Source: Eubacteriales bacterium (GTDB lineage: Bacteria; Bacillota; Clostridia; Lachnospirales; Lachnospiraceae). Taken from it: a stretch of 64,000 nt of DNA. This document shows, piece by piece, positions 1 to 7,993 of the stretch. The stretch is from contig JAUNGT010000011.1 in assembly GCA_030524455.1 (NCBI GenBank), positions 5,052-69,051 on the forward strand, written 5' to 3'. The position numbers and the translations under genes were made by a program. Below the pieces are notes generated by a model. The model was not told the DNA's origin. It saw only the letters and a list, made by a program, of their open reading frames with translations, and made no database searches. Position 1 is the first letter of the stretch; each line of letters begins with the position of its first letter.

Positions 1-371
1 TCCTCCACCGTAAGCTGCCGCTGAGAGGAATCCGTCCCTCCCGACTGTCCCGGTGCAGAAGAGCTGCCCATATTCATCTGGGGAAAAGCGTCCCCTGACT
101 GCCAGGAAAAGGAGGAATCCCCGGTAAACTCCGACAAATCCAGCTCAAACACCTGGCTCTTTGTTCCCACCGAGATGCTGCCCTCCTCCGTCACAACGGA
201 CGTCTGCCCCTGCGCCGTCGCTACCTCCGGCGCAGCCTCCCTGCTATCCTCCCGTTCCTGTCCTCTTTTGGTCAGATACCACGCCGTCACCCCGGCGGCC
301 AGCGCCAGGACAAGCACGACCGCAAGGAAAACCGCAGGGATTTTTTTCTGTTTTTTCTGATCCGCCTTCAT
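1..371 (-). CDS. HlyD/efflux RND-type periplasmic adaptor (MFP) paralog 3, 5' part only (runs off window)
   Basis: Not in ORF track. ATG at 371 after GAGGAGGAG gives MKADQKKQKKIPAVFLAVVLVLALAAGVTAWYL (N-terminal anchor)...VVTEEGSISVG...LTVEE, matching VTESGSIAL and LQIQE/LYVEE of the two upstream paralogs; open to window edge. Confidence 0.8.
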   Translation of the reverse strand, partial: MKADQKKQKKIPAVFLAVVLVLALAAGVTAWYLTKRGQEREDSREAAPEVATAQGQTSVVTEEGSISVGTKSQVFELDLSEFTGDSSFSWQSGDAFPQMNMGSSSAPGQSGGTDSSQRQLTVE

Positions 372-387
372 CTGCCTTCTCTCCTCC

Positions 388-1998
388 TCACCCGGCGCTG
401 CTTCTGATATAAATTACATCGCCCTCTGAAAGTCCCTCCGTGATTTCCACGGACGTACTGTTTTCCATTCCGGTCTGAACCTCCTGCAGCTGTTTTTCCT
501 CCCCGTCTCCCACATAGACATAGGTTTTCCCGTTCTGCTCCACCACGGCCTTGCGGGACACATACAGAACATCCGGCACTTCCTCCTCCACAAAGGTAAT
601 CTCCGCCGTCATGCCCCCGTAAAGCTTTTGCGTATCGCCCTCCACGCGCACCGCCACCGGATAGCTGACGGTTTTTGCGTAGGAGGAGGTTTTTGTCGTG
701 GTGACGGAAAGGACCGTCCCGCTGTATTCCTCCTCCAGATAAGCCTCAAAGGACACCCGGACGCTGTCTCCGATGGAAATGTCTGCGATATCCTCCTCGG
801 ACACGTCCACCGAAACCGTGTAATCCGCCGTTTTGACATAGGTAAGCATGGTTCCCGTCTGCGTCAGCCGGTCCCCCGCCTCATAAACCACCTCCGTCAC
901 CATGCCCTCTCCGTCCGCATAGACCACGCAGTCTTCCCTCACAAAATCATTCAGCTCCTCCAGCGTTTCCCGCGCCTCGTCCACATCCGCCTGAGCCTCG
1001 TCCACGCTGCTCTGCAGCGATTCCTTCGTGTAGGCGTAAATATCCGCCGCCAGCTCCCCGCCGGAAATGCTCAGCTCATAGGTGTTTTGGGCGTCGGACT
1101 GCTTCGCCTCCAGGATTCCCTGTTTTTCCAGAATCGTCTCCTGATTGGCAAGGATTGTCTCCTGATTGTCCGCCACCGTTTCCTCCCAGCCCTCCTGCTG
1201 GGAAAGCAAATTCTCATACTGTGTCTTTGCGCTGGTATAATCCGCATAATTGGCCGAATAGGCGGCCGGACTGGACAGATCCGTCTCCTCATAGGTCTCC
1301 TTCGCCTTCTCATAGGCGGTCAGAGCCTCCTCCAGGGAATCCTTAAAGTCCTCATCCGTCAGCTTTTCCAGGCACCGGTCGATTTCCTCCTGCAGGACGG
1401 CGGTCTGGGCCAGCAGTCCGTTGATTTCCTCCGTCAGCTGCGTCTGCGTGGCGTCAAGCTGCTCTGCCGCCGTGTTGGCCGTCAGCATACTGGTATCGTA
1501 GGTGCTCCTGGCGGACAGCACCGAGGTATTATATTCCGACTGGGCCTGCGCCAGCGCAATCTCCTTCTCCGTCAGCGCAGCCTCCAGCTTGCGCACCACT
1601 GCCTGATAGCTCTCCTGCGTGATGGAAAACAGGGGATCTCCCTCCGCGATCCGCTGTCCGCTGACCGCGTAAACCTCCTGGATCTGCAGATAGCCCGGTT
1701 CCTCGTCCTCGCTGTCCTCATCCTCGCTGTCCTCGTCGTCCTCGTCCTCCTCCGTGTTCACCTCCACATCGAAGGTGATGTAGGATTCCTCCAGCGCGAT
1801 GCTTCCGCTCTCCGTCACGCCCCGCACCAGATCGCCCCGCTGCACCGTTTCCTCCTTATAGACCGTTTCGTTTTCCTCCGCTCCCTGCGCCAGCAGCGTA
1901 TAGGCGGCGGCTCCCGCCGTCAAAAGCACTGCCGCCAGAAAAAGGCACAGACCGAGCAGTCTCTTCGGATTTCGGGTGATCCATTTTCTGATTTTCAT
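388..1998 (-). CDS. HlyD/efflux RND-type periplasmic adaptor (MFP) paralog 2
   Basis: N-terminal TM, VQRGDLVRGVTESGSI, barrel-sandwich halves (EVYAVSGQRIAEGDPLF; ADGEGMVTEVVYEAGD), long coiled coil, beta-barrel (VSVDVSEEDIADISIGD), C-terminal VQTGMENSTSVEITEGLSEGD. Confidence 0.88.
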   Translation of the reverse strand: MKIRKWITRNPKRLLGLCLFLAAVLLTAGAAAYTLLAQGAEENETVYKEETVQRGDLVRGVTESGSIALEESYITFDVEVNTEEDEDDEDSEDEDSEDEEPGYLQIQEVYAVSGQRIAEGDPLFSITQESYQAVVRKLEAALTEKEIALAQAQSEYNTSVLSARSTYDTSMLTANTAAEQLDATQTQLTEEINGLLAQTAVLQEEIDRCLEKLTDEDFKDSLEEALTAYEKAKETYEETDLSSPAAYSANYADYTSAKTQYENLLSQQEGWEETVADNQETILANQETILEKQGILEAKQSDAQNTYELSISGGELAADIYAYTKESLQSSVDEAQADVDEARETLEELNDFVREDCVVYADGEGMVTEVVYEAGDRLTQTGTMLTYVKTADYTVSVDVSEEDIADISIGDSVRVSFEAYLEEEYSGTVLSVTTTKTSSYAKTVSYPVAVRVEGDTQKLYGGMTAEITFVEEEVPDVLYVSRKAVVEQNGKTYVYVGDGEEKQLQEVQTGMENSTSVEITEGLSEGDVIYIRSSAG

Positions 1999-3947
1999 TC
2001 CGCATCTCCTTCCCCGGTTCCCGGCGCTCCTGCTCCGAAGGCTCCGCCCCCCTCAGGCATATTCATGCCCTCCGGCATGCCCTCGCCCTCCGGCATGCCC
2101 TGGAAATCTTCAGGGGCTTCCATCCCCTCCGGCAGCTCCTGCACTTCATTGCCGGATACCTGTCCGCCCGTGTTTGCGGCAGTCAAAGCTTCCTTTTCCT
2201 CCTCCGTCAGTCCAAAATAGACGTAGGCGGTCAGATTTGCCTCCAATTCGGAAACGTCTCCCTCCAGTTCCACATTGACTGTGTAAGTCACCGATGCGCT
2301 GCCCGCCGTCTCCGAAACCGGATTGAAGCTGGTTACCTTTCCCTCGAATACGCCGTAGCCGCTGATCACAGCCACCGCCTCATCCCCGATTTCGATCTTT
2401 GCGATATCCGACTGATCCACATCCGCCGACACCGATACGGTGTCCGGACTGGTATAAGCCAGGACCATACTGTCCTCCGTCAGCCAGCTTCCCGCGCGCA
2501 CGCTCGTCATCATCACCGTTCCGGCTTCCGAGGTATAGAAAACCCCGTCCCCGATCACTTCCCTGAAATCCTCCAGATTCTGCGACGCCGTTTCCTCCTC
2601 GTCCTTCAGCGTCTGATATTCCTCCTCCAGCTGCTTTACCGTGGTTTCATATACCGTCTGGGCGCTCTCGTTTTCCGCCGCCGCAATCTCATAGGTTTCC
2701 CTGGCGGCAATGACTGCCTCCTCATAGGCAATCTTTTGTTCGGCCAGCTGGGCCTGCAGCACCTTCAGCTCGCTTTTGGCCTTTTCAATCCCTGCTGCGG
2801 CAGCGTCTCTTGCCTCCTCGTAGCTTTCCAGCGCCTCCTCGTAGGCAGCCTCCTGTTCCTCGGCTTCCTCCTCCATCGCCAGATAAATATTGTAGCGGAT
2901 CTCGTCGGAGCCTACCTGGACGGTCGGGATTCTCCCCTCCAGATCCATTCCCTCGGACATTTCCATGCCCTCCGGCATTTCCGGCATACCGCCCGCCCCG
3001 GGATCCGGGGGCGTCGTACCGCCTCCGGAGCCGTCGCCTTCTTCTCCGGAGCCGTCGCCTTCTCCGGAGTCGCCTCCCGTATCTTCTTCCTCCGGGCTTT
3101 CCTCCGTTGTTTTCACGGTTTCCGTACTGTAATAGGCCGCGGGAATCTCCTGCACATCACTCTCCTGCGCGGCAGCATTCCCGGCTGCCTGTGCCGAGGA
3201 TATGCCGCCGGAGGTCCCCGCCGCGGCATTGTTCGTCACATAGCCAATTCCGTTTTTGCCGCCTGAGCCGCCAAACACCGATTCCAGGCTTTCCACGTCC
3301 CATTCGTTGTACAGCTCCATCAAAAAGGCCGCGTAGTCCTTCCAGGTTGCCTCCAGCTCGCCCACCTCGTAATAGGTATAGTAATAGTCCTCCTCGATGG
3401 AGGCCGTATATTCATCCACCTTTTCCTGCGCCTCGTCCACCTTCTCCTGGACGCTGTCCAGCTGCTCCTGGGCCTGTGCCACCGCATCGTCATATACCGC
3501 CTGGGCATATTCCGCTTCCGCGGCGGACAGCTTTTTCTGGATTTCCGCCTCCGCCAGGCCGGTCTGATAGTCGATCTCCCCCTGCCTGCGGTTGAGCTCT
3601 GCCTCCGTGGCTGCCCGCTCCAGCTCCTTCTCCGCGTCCTCCAGGCTGTCCTGCGAAACCTTAAAAACCGGCGTGTCCGCCTCCACCTGATCGCCCATAT
3701 TCAGGTAGGTTTCCTCCACATACAGCCCTTCCTCCAAAAATCCCAGCTCCCAGCTCTCCTCCCGCATTCCCACTCCCGTCAGTCCGGAGGCGGACACGGC
3801 GTTCTCCGAAAGGCTCATCCCTTCGGGAAGCGTCGGCATCTGCTCCTGACCGGCAGGCTGCGTATACAAATAAAAACAGGTCGCCGCGGCTCCTCCCGCC
3901 ACGACCATCACCGAAAGGCCGATCACTGCCAGTTTTTTCCTTTTCAC
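1995..3947 (-). CDS. HlyD/efflux RND-type periplasmic adaptor (MFP) paralog 1 with Gly/Met/Pro/Glu-rich inserts
   Basis: Start refined to GTG 3947 (or adjacent TTG 3950) after GGGAGG. N-terminal TM, ETYLNMGDQVEADTPVF, coiled coil, VSADVDQSDIAKIEIGD; 4-bp overlap with next gene. Confidence 0.85.
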   Translation of the reverse strand: MKRKKLAVIGLSVMVVAGGAAATCFYLYTQPAGQEQMPTLPEGMSLSENAVSASGLTGVGMREESWELGFLEEGLYVEETYLNMGDQVEADTPVFKVSQDSLEDAEKELERAATEAELNRRQGEIDYQTGLAEAEIQKKLSAAEAEYAQAVYDDAVAQAQEQLDSVQEKVDEAQEKVDEYTASIEEDYYYTYYEVGELEATWKDYAAFLMELYNEWDVESLESVFGGSGGKNGIGYVTNNAAAGTSGGISSAQAAGNAAAQESDVQEIPAAYYSTETVKTTEESPEEEDTGGDSGEGDGSGEEGDGSGGGTTPPDPGAGGMPEMPEGMEMSEGMDLEGRIPTVQVGSDEIRYNIYLAMEEEAEEQEAAYEEALESYEEARDAAAAGIEKAKSELKVLQAQLAEQKIAYEEAVIAARETYEIAAAENESAQTVYETTVKQLEEEYQTLKDEEETASQNLEDFREVIGDGVFYTSEAGTVMMTSVRAGSWLTEDSMVLAYTSPDTVSVSADVDQSDIAKIEIGDEAVAVISGYGVFEGKVTSFNPVSETAGSASVTYTVNVELEGDVSELEANLTAYVYFGLTEEEKEALTAANTGGQVSGNEVQELPEGMEAPEDFQGMPEGEGMPEGMNMPEGGGAFGAGAPGTGEGDAE

Positions 3948-3992
3948 CAAAAACCTCCCGTCCGCGCGGATCAACGCGCAGCATATTTCATG

Positions 3993-4191
3993 CAAACAGT
4001 TCAGCCAGCCGGGAGCGAACGGACAAAATCGTGCTTGCACGAATTTTGGCCGGTTGCTCCTGGCTGAGGGAGCGCCCGATGATGAGCAAAGTTAGCCGCG
4101 CAGCGGCGGAAAGCGCGTTATGCGCGAAAGACGAACAAGTTCGAAAGACGAACAAGTTCGTCTGCCCGAATGGCGCGGGCTGAACGGTTAC
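3993..4191. mobile_element. MITE-like non-autonomous element, copy 1
   Basis: Ends caaacagttcagcc / ggctgaacggttac (imperfect 14-bp inverted repeat). Reverse complement aligns with 61705-61868 (8 mismatches over the shared 126-nt part). Long internal palindrome. Confidence 0.8.
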
Positions 4192-4202
4192 AACTGTCCT
4201 CC

Positions 4203-4234
4203 ATTGTATCGGCCTTTTCTTAAAACAACCTTGA
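4203..4234 (-). promoter_or_regulatory. Putative response-regulator-activated promoter of the MFP operon
   Basis: Minus strand TCAAG-N6-TTAAG-N10-TACAAT: 11-bp-period direct repeat replacing the -35, typical of OmpR-family targets. Confidence 0.6.
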
Positions 4235-4336
4235 AAAAAAGTGAGAATTGTGTGAAATGAGTTTCTTCCTGTACGCATTTGTGGTATCTTATGAAAAACA
4301 GAGGCGTGAGAACGTGTTTTTGGAAAGGATATTCCC

Positions 4337-5005
4337 ATGCGAATTTTGATTGTGGAGGATGAGGCCGCGCTGGCGGAAGCCTTGTCCGAGATTCTGCGGC
4401 AGAACGGCTATCTCTCCGATACCGCCGCAAACGGCACGGACGGGCTGGAGTTTGCCCGTATCGGCATTTATGACCTGATCCTTCTGGATATCATGCTGCC
4501 CGGCATGGACGGTCTTTCCGTCCTGAAGGCCCTGCGCCGCGAAAAAATCCATACGCCCGTCATCCTGCTCACCGCCCGCTCGGAGGTCTCGGACATCATC
4601 GCCGGCCTGGACGCGGGCAGCGACGATTATCTTCCCAAGCCCTTTTCCACCGCGGAGCTGCTGGCGCGCATCCGCGCCATTTCCCGGCGCGGCGGGCGGT
4701 ATCTGGAGGATAGCTGCTGCTTTGAGGACCTGTCCCTGCAAAAGGGCTCCATGGAGCTTTCCTGCGGCAGCCGCACGATCCGTCTGGGCTTAAAGGAGTT
4801 TCAGCTGATGGAGCTTTTTCTGCGCAATCCCCACCAGGTGCTGCCCAAGGATCTGATTATCGGAAAAATCTGGGGCCTGGACACTGCCGCCGACTACAAC
4901 AACGTGGAGGTCTATGTCTCCTTCCTGCGCCAGAAGCTGCAGGCGCTGGGCTCCCGGGCTTCCATCCGCACCAACCGCGGCGTAGGCTACAGCCTGGAGG
5001 CATGA
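4337..5005 (+). CDS. OmpR-family response regulator
   Basis: MRILIVEDE, LLDIMLPGMDG, DDYLPKPF, winged-helix end TNRGVGYSL. Confidence 0.95.
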   Translation: MRILIVEDEAALAEALSEILRQNGYLSDTAANGTDGLEFARIGIYDLILLDIMLPGMDGLSVLKALRREKIHTPVILLTARSEVSDIIAGLDAGSDDYLPKPFSTAELLARIRAISRRGGRYLEDSCCFEDLSLQKGSMELSCGSRTIRLGLKEFQLMELFLRNPHQVLPKDLIIGKIWGLDTAADYNNVEVYVSFLRQKLQALGSRASIRTNRGVGYSLEA

Positions 5006-5006
5006 C

Positions 5007-6260
5007 ATGATCCGAAAGCTTCGCTTCAAATTTATTGCGGTCACGATGACCTCCATCGGCTGCCTGCTGCTGCTGATTCTGCTTGTCATCAACATCTTTA
5101 TGAATGTGTCCAGCCGCAGCCAGGGCTACCGGATGCTGGAAGGCTTTTCCCGCGATTTCGGACAGACAGACGACGCAGAGCCGGAATTTTCCGCACATCC
5201 GCAGCCGCCCCGGGATCCCGCCTATCAGGACGCCTTCCGGATATTCAGCGTCTCCTGCGACGCCGACGGCAATCCCCTGCAGGTCAGCTATCTGCCGGAC
5301 TCGGAGCTTGAGCGGGAGGATATTCTGGCCATCTTCCGGAAAGCCGTAAAGGATTGGCCCAAAAGCCGTCCGGAAAGAGGCATTGTGCAGAGCCGCTATC
5401 TGTATCTTGTCAGCAAACAGGATGGCTTCTGGCAGATTTATTTTCTGGACTACTCGGTGGAGCGCTCCATGGTATACCGGCTTTTTTTCCTCTGCCTGCT
5501 GGCCGGAAGCTTCGGCATCGCAGTTCTTTTTGCCGCGGTCTTTCTCCTGTCCGGCTGGATGGTGCGCCCGGTGGAGGCGGCCTTTGAAAAGCAAAAGCAG
5601 TTCATTGCGGACGCCTCCCATGAGCTCAAAACGCCGCTGACCATCCTCTCCGCAAACGCCGAGGTGCTCTCTGCCTCTCTCGGTCCCAACCGCTGGCTGA
5701 CACACATCCTGGAACAGACGCAGCGGATGAACACGCTGATCCGGGAGCTTCTGGACCTGGCCCGGTTGGACAGCGGCACACAGAAGGCGGATTTTGTCCC
5801 CTTCGACTTAAGCCGCTGCTGCTTAAACGCCGCCCTGTCCTTCGAGAGCGTGGCCTTCGAGTCCTGCATCAGCCTCCGGACAGAGATTACAGAGGGAATC
5901 TCCCTCACCGGCAGCGAAAATATGCTGCGCCAGCTGGTCACCATCCTGCTGGACAATGCCTTCAAATACGCGGACGAGGGCGGCATGGTAAAGCTGTCCC
6001 TGCGCCAGAAGGGCGAAAAACGGCTTCTCTCCGTGTACAATACCGGCAAGGGGATCCCGCAGGAGGAACAGGCGCACATTTTCGAGCGTTTTTACAGAAG
6101 CGACAGCTCCCGCAGCCGGGAATCCGGCGGCTATGGCCTGGGACTCGCCATCGCCTCCTCCATCACCGCAGCGCACGGCGGGCAGATCAGCGTCTCAAGC
6201 GACGGCAAAAGCTTTACGAAAATTACGGTGACGCTGCCTCCCAATGCCCCCAGCAAATAA
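5007..6260 (+). CDS. Sensor histidine kinase
   Basis: Two TMs, H-box FIADASHELKTPL, N-box LLDNAFKY, G1 NTGKGI, G2 GYGLGLAIA. Confidence 0.95.
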   Translation: MIRKLRFKFIAVTMTSIGCLLLLILLVINIFMNVSSRSQGYRMLEGFSRDFGQTDDAEPEFSAHPQPPRDPAYQDAFRIFSVSCDADGNPLQVSYLPDSELEREDILAIFRKAVKDWPKSRPERGIVQSRYLYLVSKQDGFWQIYFLDYSVERSMVYRLFFLCLLAGSFGIAVLFAAVFLLSGWMVRPVEAAFEKQKQFIADASHELKTPLTILSANAEVLSASLGPNRWLTHILEQTQRMNTLIRELLDLARLDSGTQKADFVPFDLSRCCLNAALSFESVAFESCISLRTEITEGISLTGSENMLRQLVTILLDNAFKYADEGGMVKLSLRQKGEKRLLSVYNTGKGIPQEEQAHIFERFYRSDSSRSRESGGYGLGLAIASSITAAHGGQISVSSDGKSFTKITVTLPPNAPSK

Positions 6261-6267
6261 CGGCCGT

Positions 6268-7113
6268 TCACCTGCCGGCGTCTGAAATGGCCTTTGACGG
6301 GCAGATTTTTTTGCAGCGCCCGCAGCGAATACATTCGCCGGAGTTGACCTCCTTTACCGGATCGATCCCCATACCGCAAACCTGCCTGCAGGCCCCGCAG
6401 CCCGTACACTTTTGGGGATCTGCCCGGTACCGGTAAACCGAGATGCGGTTAAAAAAGGAATAGATGGCGCCCAGCGGACAAATATATTTGCAGAACGGGC
6501 GGTATATTATGACGGACGCCAAAACCGTAACCGCCAACAGGACGGTTTTCCAGGCATACAGCCAGCCCAGTGCGCTGCGCAGCCCTGCATTCAGCAAAAC
6601 ATTCGGAATACCGCCCTCCAGGGTACCGACCGGGCAGAGCAGCTTGCAGAAATATGGTGCGCCCTGCCCCAAAACGTCCGTCAAAAGCATCGGGAGCAAA
6701 ATCACAAACACAAGAAGAATGATATATTTCAATCTGCGCAGCAGCCGGTCGCCGCGAAAGGACGCAATTTTTACAGGAAACGGAAGCTTATTTAACAGCT
6801 CCTGAAGCAGTCCGAACGGACACAGCCAGCCGCAGGCCAATCGCCCGGTCAGTGCGCCGACAAAAAAGAGAAAACCGGCGACGTAGAGAGGGAGCTTAAA
6901 GCTCCGGCTGCCCAAAACCGCCTGCAGCGCCCCGATCGGGCAGGACATCAGCGCGCCGGGGCAGGAATAGCAGTTCATCCCCGGCACACACAGATTTTTC
7001 AGTCTGCCCTGATAGATTTTCCCCTGAAGGAAGCCCACCATATAGCTGTTGCTCAATAACGCCCAAATTGCCTGTACGGCATGTCTTTTTTTATCCGGAT
7101 TTCTTTTACCCAA
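6268..7113 (-). CDS. Membrane 4Fe-4S binding protein (NapH/YccM-like polyferredoxin)
   Basis: Start refined to TTG 7113, overlapping the upstream small gene. Motifs NCYSCP...CP, CGWLCP, CKLLCP, CKYICP and two CxxCxxCxxxC ferredoxin motifs; several TMs. Confidence 0.88.
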   Translation of the reverse strand: MGKRNPDKKRHAVQAIWALLSNSYMVGFLQGKIYQGRLKNLCVPGMNCYSCPGALMSCPIGALQAVLGSRSFKLPLYVAGFLFFVGALTGRLACGWLCPFGLLQELLNKLPFPVKIASFRGDRLLRRLKYIILLVFVILLPMLLTDVLGQGAPYFCKLLCPVGTLEGGIPNVLLNAGLRSALGWLYAWKTVLLAVTVLASVIIYRPFCKYICPLGAIYSFFNRISVYRYRADPQKCTGCGACRQVCGMGIDPVKEVNSGECIRCGRCKKICPSKAISDAGR

Positions 7114-7255
7114 TTCCGATACACTCCAAACATATGCGTGTTGCCTTTGCCAGCACCACCGCCATTTCGCCGCGGGCAATGCCGCAGGCCATAAGCACCG
7201 CGCCCACCAGGGCCAGGGCGGCGCCGGCAAAATATCGTCTGAACCGATTGTGCAT
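7106..7255 (-). CDS. 49-aa membrane protein with C-terminal CxxC (CD1871A-like family)
   Basis: Not in ORF track. GGAGG RBS then MHNRFRRYFAGAALALVGAVLMACGIARGEMAVVLAKATRICLECIGIG*; packed between the tlpA-like gene and the 4Fe-4S gene. Confidence 0.88.
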   Translation of the reverse strand: MHNRFRRYFAGAALALVGAVLMACGIARGEMAVVLAKATRICLECIGIG

Positions 7256-7258
7256 TTC

Positions 7259-7831
7259 TTAATCCTCCAGCTTCTCTAACTGCTCCCGCGCCAGATCGGC
7301 CCATTCCCCGGCGGTATACGCGCCGGAAAACGCATCCCCCACAATCGTTCCGGTTTCATCCACAAAAAAGCTTGTGGGAAACGCCGTAACCGAATTCAGC
7401 TTTCCGCCCAGCAGGGTTTCGTCCGGGACCAGCAGGGGAAACTGAACTTCCGTGCGCTCTGCCAGCGTCTTTGCGCTGTCCAGGGCGTCCGCATCGACGG
7501 AGTCCTCCCCGCGGGTATCCGTCACAAACGCCACCACTCCAACCCCTTCCTCCTCAAGCTCCCGGCGCAGCTGCTCCAGGGCGGGAAATTCCTCCACGCA
7601 GGGAGTACACCAGGTCGCCATGACATTCACCAGCGTCAGCCGGCGCCCGGCAAAAATACTCTGGTCAACATCGTTGCCCGAGATGTCCTGTGTCGTAAAA
7701 TCCCCCAGCTTCGTTCCTTCGGTAAATTCTCCGGCATCGTCCGGCTGATCTTTGGCACCGGCACAGGCAGCCAGGGAAAACGCAAGCGCGATGGACAGGA
7801 AAAGTGCAGCAAATCTTTTTAATTTTTTCAT
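7259..7831 (-). CDS. TlpA-family thiol-disulfide oxidoreductase lipoprotein
   Basis: Start refined to ATG 7831 (GAGGAGG RBS); lipobox LAAC; LVNVMATWCTPCVEEFP; FPTSFFVD. Confidence 0.92.
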   Translation of the reverse strand: MKKLKRFAALFLSIALAFSLAACAGAKDQPDDAGEFTEGTKLGDFTTQDISGNDVDQSIFAGRRLTLVNVMATWCTPCVEEFPALEQLRRELEEEGVGVVAFVTDTRGEDSVDADALDSAKTLAERTEVQFPLLVPDETLLGGKLNSVTAFPTSFFVDETGTIVGDAFSGAYTAGEWADLAREQLEKLED

Positions 7832-7882
7832 GGAAAGCCTCCTCGTTCTCATTTGCAGGGATGTGTCATCCCCGATAAACAG

Positions 7883-7915
7883 GATGATAGCATAAGGCGT
7901 ATAAAATCTCTGTTA
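7883..7915 (-). promoter_or_regulatory. Putative response-regulator-dependent promoter of the tlpA module
   Basis: Minus strand TTAAC-N6-TTTAT-N11-TATCAT with TG extension; same architecture as 4203-4234 but more degenerate. Confidence 0.4.
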
Positions 7916-7993
7916 AGCTGTCATGCTCTTTTTCTGGAAGGGGATAATAAAGTGTGCTATGATGAAACAAAAAACAATTCGACGGGGCAAGGT

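Noticed and set aside
628-2220. Long opposite-strand ORFs (also 14260-15549, 21753-23351, 30939-32219, 35019-37268)
   Set aside because: Antisense shadows of well-supported genes in GC-rich DNA; no RBS or recognisable motifs.
3988-4338. Similar short ORFs across both MITE copies (also 61772-62083) sharing SLSQEQPAKIRASTIL
   Set aside because: Similarity comes from the repeated DNA; starts and lengths differ and no transposase motifs are present.
6268-7831. Possible selenocysteine recoding in the thiol/redox module
   Set aside because: All CxxC positions are Cys codons and no in-frame TGA interrupts a conserved domain.
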